This document shows, piece after piece, positions 48,242 to 56,258 of a stretch of 64,000 nt of DNA. The stretch's first letter is position 1, and the number at the start of each line of letters is the position of its first letter. Under the pieces are notes generated by a model that worked only from the letters and a program-made list of their open reading frames with translations, was not told the origin of the DNA and did no database searches. The position numbers and the translations under genes are program-made. Location of the stretch: NCBI GenBank assembly GCA_964570585.1, contig CAZMYR010000006.1, positions 1,636 through 65,635 of the forward strand. The letters run 5' to 3'. The DNA comes from an uncultured Planctomycetia bacterium. GTDB lineage: Bacteria > Omnitrophota > Gorgyraeia > JABMRG01 > JAFGKX01.

Positions 48242-48332
48242 ATAAGGTTTTGGACGATTTTAGTCTTTAGGGTACACTTTCCCGAACAAAACTGAGACAC
48301 TTTCCCGAACAATTTTGTAAACGTCTGTATTT
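48242..48332 (+). repeat. Direct duplicate of the RAYT 3' end plus right arm
   Basis: Matches 47213-47303 with about 6 mismatches in 91 bp. Confidence 0.9.
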
Positions 48333-48334
48333 AT

Positions 48335-49078
48335 TTACTTCTTCTCCATAAAGACCTTAAATAAATCTATCGGGATAGGAAAAATTATGGTAGAGTTATT
48401 CTCAGCAGAAATATCTGCCAATGTTTGAAGATACCTCATCTGAAGAGACATAGGCTGAGCCTGCATCTTCTCTGCCGCTGCAACCAATTTTTCTGCTGCC
48501 TGGAATTCGCCTTGAGCAGCTATTATCTTGGCCCGCCTTACTCTTTCTGCCTCGGCCTGTTTCGCCATTGCCCGTTTTAACTCTTCAGTTATATCTACAT
48601 GTTTTACTTCCACATTTGAGACCTTTATTCCCCAGGGGTCTGTCTGTTTATCTAAAATCTCCTGAATCTCACTATTGATTCTCTCTCTTTCTGAAAGTAA
48701 AGCATCCAACTCTCCCTGTCCTATTACGCTCCTTAATGTAGTCTGTGCCATCTGAGAGGTGGCAAAATTGTAATTTTGAACTTCATTGACAGCCTTGTTA
48801 GCATCCATCACTCTATAATAAACTACGGCATTTACCTTCACTGATACATTGTCTTTTGTTATGATATCCTGGGGTGGGACATCTAATGTTATCAACCTGA
48901 GGCTTATCCTGACCATCTTATCGATTGGGGCAAAGACGAGGATTATCCCAGGCCCTTTCGGATGCGGCAGAAGCCTGCCTAAGCGAAATATTACCCCTCT
49001 TTCGTATTCTTTCAATATCTTGATTGAGTTGATAATATAAACAACTATCAAACCTATTACTATCAATACTGGATTCAT
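48335..49078 (-). CDS. SPFH/stomatin (slipin) protein
   Basis: [37 protein letters not shown]. Confidence 0.95.
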   Translation of the reverse strand: MNPVLIVIGLIVVYIINSIKILKEYERGVIFRLGRLLPHPKGPGIILVFAPIDKMVRISLRLITLDVPPQDIITKDNVSVKVNAVVYYRVMDANKAVNEVQNYNFATSQMAQTTLRSVIGQGELDALLSERERINSEIQEILDKQTDPWGIKVSNVEVKHVDITEELKRAMAKQAEAERVRRAKIIAAQGEFQAAEKLVAAAEKMQAQPMSLQMRYLQTLADISAENNSTIIFPIPIDLFKVFMEKK

Positions 49079-49092
49079 CTTGCTCCTCCTTT

Positions 49093-50487
49093 TTAAATTC
49101 CTTTCACAATCAGCTTCATCCCCTCTACCCTTATAACCTCTACTGTCTTTCCTTTATTTATGGGCTCTTTAGAAATAGCGTTCCATACCTCGCCGTGTAT
49201 AAACACCTTTCCTTTCGGCTTTAAGCTCTTTATCACCTTGCCCTGTTCGCCTATCAGTCCCTCTGCGCCGGTTTTTACTCTGCGCCTGTGCGTCCTTATA
49301 ACAACTGCTGCTAAAAATGTGGTAATAGCTGCAGTAGCAACCACTACAGGAATAATTACCTTTATAGAAATCCTCATAAACGCATAAGGTGAGTCTATTA
49401 ATATAACAGAGCCCAGTACCATAGATATTATCCCGCCCAGAGCAAGCAGGCCGAAACCTTGTACCTGCATCTCTGCAATAAATAATATAAAGGCCAATAT
49501 AATCAAAGCAACGCCGGCATAATTGGTCGGCAAGGTATGCAATCCGTAAAAGCCCAAAATTATAGCTATGGTGCCTGCTATTCCGGGAAAACCAATGCCG
49601 GGATGGGTAAACTCAAATAAGAGTCCGTAAAAACCAAGAATCATAAGTATATATGCGATTGTCGGATTTGTGATAACATTTAAAAATTGCTGGCGTTTAT
49701 CTAAATCTATCTTTACGATTTCTGCATCTTTTGTCGCAAGTTTATATTCTTTATCATCTACCTTTACGCGCCTGCCATTTATCTTAATCAGTAAATCATC
49801 GACATCTTCTGCTATCAAATCGATTGCTCCTAAATCTAAAGCCTCTGTCTCAGTTGCTGAGGCGCTCTCTAAGACCGCTTTTCTTGCCCAATCGACGTTT
49901 CTTTTACGGGTCTGAGCAATGGTGCTCACCCAGGCCAGGGTATCGCTCATAATTTTCTCGGACATAATATCCTTTTCTTCTTTAATGGGCTCTACCTTTT
50001 TATTTTTTCGTGTTTTATCCTCTTCAGTTTTTTTAAAATATTTTATTATTTCTTTTATTACATCCGAAGTGGACTTCCTCTCTCCCATCTGCACCGGATG
50101 GGCAGCTCCTATATTGGTAGACGGGGCCATCGCTGCAATATGCGAAGATATAGTTATAAATACACCTGCTGACCCGGCCCGGGCGCCTTTAGGCGAAACA
50201 TAAACTACCACCGGGACTTTGGAGGCCATAATCTCTTTTACTATCTTTCTGGTCGAACTTAATAAACCGCCCGGGGTATCCAGCTGGATTATGAGGCACT
50301 GGCCGTCGCGCTGTGCCAATCCTATTGTATTAGAAATATATTCTTCAACAACAGGATTTATGATATAGTCGTCTATAGTTACAAGGTAGACCAGCTTTGG
50401 TTTTTCTTGCGATGACGCCCCTGTTGTAAAGACTAAGAAAATAACTACGGGGATAATAAATATAAAAAGATATATTCTTTTGCTCAT
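49093..50487 (-). CDS. nfeD: NfeD membrane-bound serine protease
   Basis: [31 protein letters not shown]. Confidence 0.93.
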   Translation of the reverse strand: MSKRIYLFIFIIPVVIFLVFTTGASSQEKPKLVYLVTIDDYIINPVVEEYISNTIGLAQRDGQCLIIQLDTPGGLLSSTRKIVKEIMASKVPVVVYVSPKGARAGSAGVFITISSHIAAMAPSTNIGAAHPVQMGERKSTSDVIKEIIKYFKKTEEDKTRKNKKVEPIKEEKDIMSEKIMSDTLAWVSTIAQTRKRNVDWARKAVLESASATETEALDLGAIDLIAEDVDDLLIKINGRRVKVDDKEYKLATKDAEIVKIDLDKRQQFLNVITNPTIAYILMILGFYGLLFEFTHPGIGFPGIAGTIAIILGFYGLHTLPTNYAGVALIILAFILFIAEMQVQGFGLLALGGIISMVLGSVILIDSPYAFMRISIKVIIPVVVATAAITTFLAAVVIRTHRRRVKTGAEGLIGEQGKVIKSLKPKGKVFIHGEVWNAISKEPINKGKTVEVIRVEGMKLIVKGI

Positions 50488-50499
50488 AAGTTTCGTTAT

Positions 50500-51228
50500 T
50501 TAGCTCACTTCTTCAGACACGCAGGCAACCTTTCTCATATTATCCAACCTGCCAAAACAGATTAACTTATCGCCTAAGTTAATTTTTACCCCTGCTAATG
50601 GGTTAGTAATATATTGTCCCTCCTTTTCAATAGAAAGGACTAATATATCTTGTCGTTTTAATTGCGATTCTGACAATGTCTTGCCCGATAAGGGATTATT
50701 TTTGCGAATCTCTATCTGCGATACACCATATCCGCCTGAGGTAAGTAAAAACTCCTCAAACGATACAGGTTTTATTATCTTTTTATCCAACATTCTTTGT
50801 TTTGCTTTCTTCATTATATAATCGCCGATTTTTGCATAAGTTATTACCTTATAAACAATTAAAAGGGCTATTAAAATAAGGATAAAATTAATATAGGGGA
50901 TAAGAAAAATAGGTATAAATTTACTAAGATGCGGTATAAAAAAGACAGGAGACGATGCCCCTTCGCTAATTGAGCTGACCAAAGTAGCGATGAGGGTTAC
51001 CAATCCTGCGCTTCCGAGTACCATTAATGCAGATGCAATCTTTCTGCGCTGGTCATGAGCGGCTATCAATTCCGCTTCTTTGGTAGTAAAACCTGTTCCG
51101 GTAAACGCAGAAAGGGCCTGAAATCTGGCTTGCTTTGGATTAAGCCCTGTAATCTCAAATGCGACCGCACCGACTTTTATGGCTATGAAAGATACTACTA
51201 TAACAATTAAAAAAAGGAAGAGGCTCAT
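50500..51228 (-). CDS. Membrane protein with TrkA-C domain
   Basis: ARFQALSAFTGTGFTTKEAE; C-terminal RCK_C. Confidence 0.85.
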   Translation of the reverse strand: MSLFLFLIVIVVSFIAIKVGAVAFEITGLNPKQARFQALSAFTGTGFTTKEAELIAAHDQRRKIASALMVLGSAGLVTLIATLVSSISEGASSPVFFIPHLSKFIPIFLIPYINFILILIALLIVYKVITYAKIGDYIMKKAKQRMLDKKIIKPVSFEEFLLTSGGYGVSQIEIRKNNPLSGKTLSESQLKRQDILVLSIEKEGQYITNPLAGVKINLGDKLICFGRLDNMRKVACVSEEVS

Positions 51229-51241
51229 TTTATTGCTCCTT

Positions 51242-51350
51242 AGTTATAAAATAGTTTAAAAAGTTATAAAAGTTAAAAAGTTATAAAAGTTAAAAAAGCC
51301 ATCCCATTTTAAACCTTTTAAACTTTTGGAACCTTTGAAACTTTCTAACC
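51242..51350. repeat. 8-9-mer low-complexity inverted repeat
   Basis: AAAAGTTA(T) units followed by AACYTTTNR units. Confidence 0.6.
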
Positions 51351-51352
51351 GG

Positions 51353-51634
51353 TTACAGGCAGGTTGATGTTTCTGCAATAGACCTGTTAATTCCATCTAT
51401 TGTTTTAAATATATCAGAGCGCTGCGGTTTTGGTATCTTAAATAAACATTTTATTAAAACATCATCGCAATTTATAATGCGCTCTCTGATTTCAGCAAAA
51501 GCGACTGTAATATGAAAAACCGTTGGAGAGTAATTTTCTTTTATGGCAAAAGAAAATTCTTGGGCCAGACAAGTAGAAGTTGACAGACTTATCAAAATTA
51601 TCAAGGATATAAAAATTAAAAATGTCTTTTTCAT
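51353..51634 (-). CDS. Small secreted hypothetical protein
   Basis: Signal peptide; ATGA overlap with the upstream gene. Confidence 0.5.
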   Translation of the reverse strand: MKKTFLIFISLIILISLSTSTCLAQEFSFAIKENYSPTVFHITVAFAEIRERIINCDDVLIKCLFKIPKPQRSDIFKTIDGINRSIAETSTCL

Positions 51635-52101
51635 TTTATTAACCTCAAGGCTGATGAAACAGCCTCTTTAGCAGTTTTTGCAACAACTATATCCTTTCCT
51701 TTACAGTAGTCTTTAACATTTAACGGCCAAGTATTTAAACCGATTACCGGCCTTCTATTTTTAAGGGCTAAACCAATCTCAGAAAGAGTGCCAAATTCAC
51801 CGCCAATAGCTATGACTGCATCTCCGGAGGAAGCTACTATAATATTTCTGCCGTCTCCCATGCCGGTAAGGATACTGATATCGGTATAAGAATTGCCTTC
51901 TGCGCTCTTTAATCCCGGCAATATCCCTACAACAGTGCCTCCTGCCTTTTTAGCTCCGCGAGAAGCGGCCTCCATCACTCCGCCCATGCCTCCGCAAATA
52001 AGAGCGGCGCCGGAATGGGCTATTTCAGCGCCAACTTCCTCTGCCAATTTAGCCTCTGTCTCATCGCACACACTACTGCCTATAACCGATATCTGTTTCA
52101 T
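51631..52101 (-). CDS. TIGR00725 (LOG/Rossmann-fold) family protein
   Basis: CGGMGGVMEAA, GILPG, RN, GGEFGTLSE. Confidence 0.9.
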   Translation of the reverse strand: MKQISVIGSSVCDETEAKLAEEVGAEIAHSGAALICGGMGGVMEAASRGAKKAGGTVVGILPGLKSAEGNSYTDISILTGMGDGRNIIVASSGDAVIAIGGEFGTLSEIGLALKNRRPVIGLNTWPLNVKDYCKGKDIVVAKTAKEAVSSALRLIK

Positions 52102-52108
52102 GCCAGTA

Positions 52109-52163
52109 ACACCGCGTAGGTGTAGTAAGTAGGCCGGATTCGCTTACCACACCTACCCGGTGT
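52109..52163. repeat. Imperfect palindrome (ACACC...GGTGT type)
   Basis: acaccgcgtaggtgtagtaag...cttaccacacctacccggtgt. Confidence 0.65.
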
Positions 52164-52185
52164 AAAAATAGGTATAAAGAGAACA

Positions 52186-52207
52186 GGGCTATCTTTAAAG
52201 ATAGCCC
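52186..52207 (-). terminator. Putative terminator hairpin
   Basis: Perfect palindrome gggctatctttaaagatagccc followed by a T-rich tract on the minus strand. Confidence 0.5.
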
Positions 52208-52266
52208 CCTCCCTTATAAACAATCTATATCTTCCGCCGAGCCAATATAAGCTATTTAGTCCCAGC

Positions 52267-52599
52267 CTATTCTGCCACCTCAATCATCTCTGGTTTAATT
52301 AAGGGTTCCGGTTTATTTGAGTCAAGAGGAAACGTGGCAACATCCAATGCTCCGGAAGCGGTCCTGGCAAAGGCGTTAAGAACACCTTTAACTAAACCCA
52401 CAGTAATGCCTAAAAATGGGTTGTTGGTATCCTTGGTAACTTTGATTATAGCATCCGGTACTTCTGTCCAACCTAAAACTATATTCTTCCCGCCGCGTTC
52501 CAGTTTTTCTGTTCCTATCTTTATAGGTTCGGCTGCCATAGGAAGCGTTATTCCAAGGATTATAGCAGTTACTAGTGCTATTATAAATACTCTCTTCAC
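52267..52599 (-). CDS. Second TIGR04073-like secreted protein
   Basis: KLERGGKNIVLGWTEVP...TNNPFLGIT...RTASGALDVATF; paralog of 27583. Confidence 0.75.
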   Translation of the reverse strand: MKRVFIIALVTAIILGITLPMAAEPIKIGTEKLERGGKNIVLGWTEVPDAIIKVTKDTNNPFLGITVGLVKGVLNAFARTASGALDVATFPLDSNKPEPLIKPEMIEVAE

Positions 52600-52793
52600 T
52601 TTTCACCTCCTTTAACTAATATAATCAGTTATGCTTGTAATAATAGCAAACCGATTTCTTCTTCTACGCTCTATAAAATATAACATAAAATTACCGTCTA
52701 TGCAAGTATTTTTCTAAAAAAATATCAATTCCATCACCACCACCGCTTTCGCGGGGGTAAACTTGTCCCCGTGAAAACGGGGAGTGGGGAGGG

Positions 52794-53900
52794 CTAAATC
52801 TTTGCCTTCGCTGCATTTATTCTCCTGGAAGCCGGGGGATGGTCATAGAAAAATATCTCGACTATCCTCGACGGGTCAGGATCAGAAAGATTCTGTCTGG
52901 TCAGTTTTTCTATAAGCGAAATGAATGCTAAAGGCCTTCCTGTCGACTTTATTGCTTCTGCATCTGCCTGCGATTCAAAATATCTGCTGACTGCATTCTG
53001 CAACGGCGTGACTATTAAATTAAAACAGGTAAATATAAACGCTAATACCGGAAATGCGCTTATATCGTAAACCGGCAAATTTATTATATTATTAAGTATA
53101 ATGTCATAAGATAAGTACACTGAGAGAAAAGCAAGTATAGTTATTATTAAACTAAACAGAATGAGTTTCCAGAAATGGTGGTATTTATAATGGGCTAATT
53201 CATGGGCCAGGGTTGCTTCTATCTCCTCCGGCGAATAACTACTCAAAAGAGTATCTGATAGCAGTATCCGTTTTGATTTACCGATACCGGCCAATGCAGC
53301 GTTTGCCTTTTTAGTCTTGGCTCCGAGTCCTATTCTGTATATATCTATAACTTTAATACGCGCTTTTTCAGCCAGGGCAAGAAGCTTATCTTTTAAATCC
53401 TGGTCTTCTAACTTCTCTAATTTATAGAACAACGGAAGTATAAATATGGGAAATATCTTGGCAATAAGAAGGGCAAAGAAGAGCCAGAAAATAGAGGCCC
53501 ACAGCCACCAGGTGTAAGAGAAGTTCCTTATGAAAATATATAAGACTTCGAGCATTACAAGATATAATAATCCGCCAATCAATATCCTTTTAAAGTAATC
53601 CTTAAGCCATGATGAAAAATTCTGGCGGGAAAGGCCGAATTTATGCTCTAGCCTATAACCACTGAAAAAATCTAACCAGAATACAAAGATGTTAAAAAAG
53701 ACACTTAAGATAATTGCATAGATAGCTATTATGATAATTTCTTTTGAGCTAAAATAATCGGCAATGGATTTAAATTTAAAAGATAAGCCGCTGAATTGAA
53801 CCGTTAATAGAAAGACGAGCGTAAATCCTATTTCAAAAAGAGCGAGGTTATGCTTTGTTCTTGAGTATCTCCTGGCTTTCTCTAAATTGGTATCTTGCAT
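52794..53900 (-). CDS. M48 (Ste24-like) metallopeptidase
   Basis: ANAA, DTLL, HELAH, ESQAD, DHPP. Confidence 0.93.
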   Translation of the reverse strand: MQDTNLEKARRYSRTKHNLALFEIGFTLVFLLTVQFSGLSFKFKSIADYFSSKEIIIIAIYAIILSVFFNIFVFWLDFFSGYRLEHKFGLSRQNFSSWLKDYFKRILIGGLLYLVMLEVLYIFIRNFSYTWWLWASIFWLFFALLIAKIFPIFILPLFYKLEKLEDQDLKDKLLALAEKARIKVIDIYRIGLGAKTKKANAALAGIGKSKRILLSDTLLSSYSPEEIEATLAHELAHYKYHHFWKLILFSLIITILAFLSVYLSYDIILNNIINLPVYDISAFPVLAFIFTCFNLIVTPLQNAVSRYFESQADAEAIKSTGRPLAFISLIEKLTRQNLSDPDPSRIVEIFFYDHPPASRRINAAKAKI

Positions 53901-53901
53901 A

Positions 53902-54378
53902 TCAGGCCTTGAAGAAATCCTCAGGCTTTAGATTCCCAAGATTCTTCTTGAAATCCTTTAATTCTTTTTCGGTGATTGGTTTTTGAATAACCGGACATTT
54001 TTCAAAAACAATATCATTTACGAAAATCGGGGAATTGGTTCTAACGGCCAGGGCAATGGAATCGCTGGGGCGGGAATCTATTTCTATTATATTTCCGTTA
54101 ACGGTGAGGGTTATTATGGCGTAAAAGGTGCTGTCTTTAAGGTCGGTTACCGTAACTTTTTTTATATTTACATTTAATTTATTTAATATATTTGTCATAA
54201 GATCATGAGTTATCGGCCTTGGAAATTTTTGCCCATCAAGCTTAGCGCCGATTGCCATTCCTTCCGCAGGTCCTACCCATATCGGTATAAGCCTGATGCC
54301 GTTTATCTCCTCTAAAGTAACAAGGTATTGGCCTAATTGAGGTATTAATGCTACTGAATATACTCTTACCTGTTTCAT
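53902..54378 (-). CDS. Bifunctional nuclease (DUF151)
   Basis: IPIWVG, PRPITHDL, DSRPSDSIALA. Confidence 0.93.
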   Translation of the reverse strand: MKQVRVYSVALIPQLGQYLVTLEEINGIRLIPIWVGPAEGMAIGAKLDGQKFPRPITHDLMTNILNKLNVNIKKVTVTDLKDSTFYAIITLTVNGNIIEIDSRPSDSIALAVRTNSPIFVNDIVFEKCPVIQKPITEKELKDFKKNLGNLKPEDFFKA

Positions 54379-54420
54379 CCCGCACCTTTCATTTATTCCC
54401 GCATCTTTTTAACATCATTA

Positions 54421-55314
54421 TTACAATCCTAACGTTTTTATAGCCCGGGGGTCGCTTCGCCAGTTTTTTAAAACTTTAACCCATAAATCCAAAAAAACCT
54501 TTTTGTTAAGCAATTTTTCAACCTCATCTCTTGCCAGGCTGCCGATTTGTTTTATCATACTGCCATTGCGTCCGATAACGATGGCTTTTTGTGAATCCCT
54601 CTCTATGTATATACATGCCTTTATATAAATAATATCTTTGTCTTTTCTAGGAGTCATCTGTTCTATCAAAACCGCTATAGAATGAGGGACCTCCTGCCTT
54701 GTCAATTCAAGGGCCTTTTCTCTTATTATTTCAGAAACGCGAAAGTTGATATCTTGATCTGTAATCGGCTCTTGGGGATAATATTTATCGCCGAAAGGCA
54801 AGTATTCTAAAACCTTATTTTTCAAAACCTCCATATTATCGCCTCTTAAGGCAGAGATGGGTATGACCTCTAAAAATGAGTAATCCGTTGATAAATTCTC
54901 AATCATCGGCAGCAATTTTGACCTTTTCATAATATCTACTTTGTTAAGCAGGGCTATGGACGGAATTTTTGAATCGCTTACTAAATCAAACAATTTTTCG
55001 TCCTCTCCCCTTATCCCTGACGCTGCATCGACTACTACTAATAAAAGGTCTGCATCGCTCAAGACGGCCTTTGCTTTCTTGACCATCTCTTTTCCCAATC
55101 TAAGGTGAGCTTTATGTATACCCGGCGTATCTATAAAAACTACCTGCGCATCTTTAGTAGTTAATATGCCGCGGATATTATTCCTTGTCGTTTCCGGCTT
55201 GGAGGAAATTATAGCTATTTTCTGACCAAAAAACCAATTAAGGATTAAGGATTTGCCCACATTGGGCCTGCCTACAATCGCTACAAAACCCGATTTAAGC
55301 CCTTTACTAATCAT
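54421..55314 (-). CDS. era: GTPase Era
   Basis: GRPNVGKS, TTR, DTPG, NKVD, KH domain VIGRNG. Confidence 0.96.
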   Translation of the reverse strand: MISKGLKSGFVAIVGRPNVGKSLILNWFFGQKIAIISSKPETTRNNIRGILTTKDAQVVFIDTPGIHKAHLRLGKEMVKKAKAVLSDADLLLVVVDAASGIRGEDEKLFDLVSDSKIPSIALLNKVDIMKRSKLLPMIENLSTDYSFLEVIPISALRGDNMEVLKNKVLEYLPFGDKYYPQEPITDQDINFRVSEIIREKALELTRQEVPHSIAVLIEQMTPRKDKDIIYIKACIYIERDSQKAIVIGRNGSMIKQIGSLARDEVEKLLNKKVFLDLWVKVLKNWRSDPRAIKTLGL

Positions 55315-55325
55315 ATATTAGGCTT

Positions 55326-55907
55326 TTATCCTGTTACCTTATATACAATATCTCCTCCGCGCACTTTGTCTTTCACTAAAAGACCTACCTCATCACCCTT
55401 CTTTGCCTCTTTGATAGGGTTATTATCTATCTGCATTGAGGTGACCTGCTCTTTAAAATCTGTGGTATGGCCTTTGATATGTATTGTTTCACCTTCAGTA
55501 AGTGCGTCTTTTAACTTTATCACAGCAGCATTTACATGTGGAAAGAAATGCGTTATTTCGCCGATTTCCACCTCTTTAGGCTCTGCCTCTTTGGGTTTCT
55601 CCTCTACCATTTTACCCCTCCTTTCTATTGGGACTTTTAGTTTTTTAGACCTTTTTAATTTTTTAGGTTTTTTCTTTAATCGGACTCTTCTTTTAGTTGT
55701 TTTTTGTATTTTTTTTACCCTACGGGCATTTCGCTTCTTTATCTTTTTCTTCTTCAGCGGCCTCGATATAAATTTTCCAAAAATCGCTTTAATGTTTTTG
55801 GCTATTTTTCTTCTTTTGCGGCGTTTCTTAGGAGTTGTTTTCTTTGAACTGGCCCACTTTTTGTGTGTCAGCACTACCTGTTTGCTTCCAAAAAATCCCA
55901 ATGCCAT
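55326..55907 (-). CDS. EF-Tu domain II-like/U32 C-terminal beta-barrel protein with Lys/Arg-rich N-terminal extension
   Basis: IGEITHFF...IKGHTTDF...SMQID...VGL; two RBS-preceded ATGs (55907 and 55610). Confidence 0.75.
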   Translation of the reverse strand: MALGFFGSKQVVLTHKKWASSKKTTPKKRRKRRKIAKNIKAIFGKFISRPLKKKKIKKRNARRVKKIQKTTKRRVRLKKKPKKLKRSKKLKVPIERRGKMVEEKPKEAEPKEVEIGEITHFFPHVNAAVIKLKDALTEGETIHIKGHTTDFKEQVTSMQIDNNPIKEAKKGDEVGLLVKDKVRGGDIVYKVTG

Positions 55908-56051
55908 AACAAATTCACCTATAATATGCTATCATATAACAATACCATTTTCAATAATTATGTGTGAATTATGTGTGAATTCCAAATATTGTTACCACAA
56001 CCGACCTTTTCTTCATTGTTTTCCCTTCCTTATTAAAAACGCCTCAAGCGA

Positions 56052-56256
56052 AGCAATCGCCTATGAGCAGCGATAGCATTTTTTAGCATTTTGCGAGCTA
56101 ATGTAAATGAGCGACGCAAAACACCCTCGGGGTGTTTTGCCAAAGCGAAGCAAAAATAGTGTCTGACGAAGCCCGAAGGGCTTCAGGAGTTATTTTTGCT
56201 TAGTGAGCAAAATGCGTTAAAAAAAAATGCGTGCTGCGAATAGGCGATTGCTGAGC
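56052..56256. mobile_element. Cruciform MITE-like element
   Basis: 13-bp perfect IR agcaatcgcctat/ataggcgattgct with two nested hairpins. Confidence 0.6.
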
Positions 56257-56258
56257 GC

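Noticed and set aside
52098-52283. 61-aa ORF between the TIGR04073-like and TIGR00725 genes
   Set aside because: Crosses two hairpins and has no coding features
55956-56000. Tandem aattatgtgtg repeat and DnaA-like boxes as oriC
   Set aside because: Only mismatched boxes, no cluster and no dnaA; at most an operator upstream of the -35
39835-56256. Long palindromes as integron attC sites
   Set aside because: No consistent RYYYAAC/GTTRRRY ends, no integrase, and flanking genes are housekeeping
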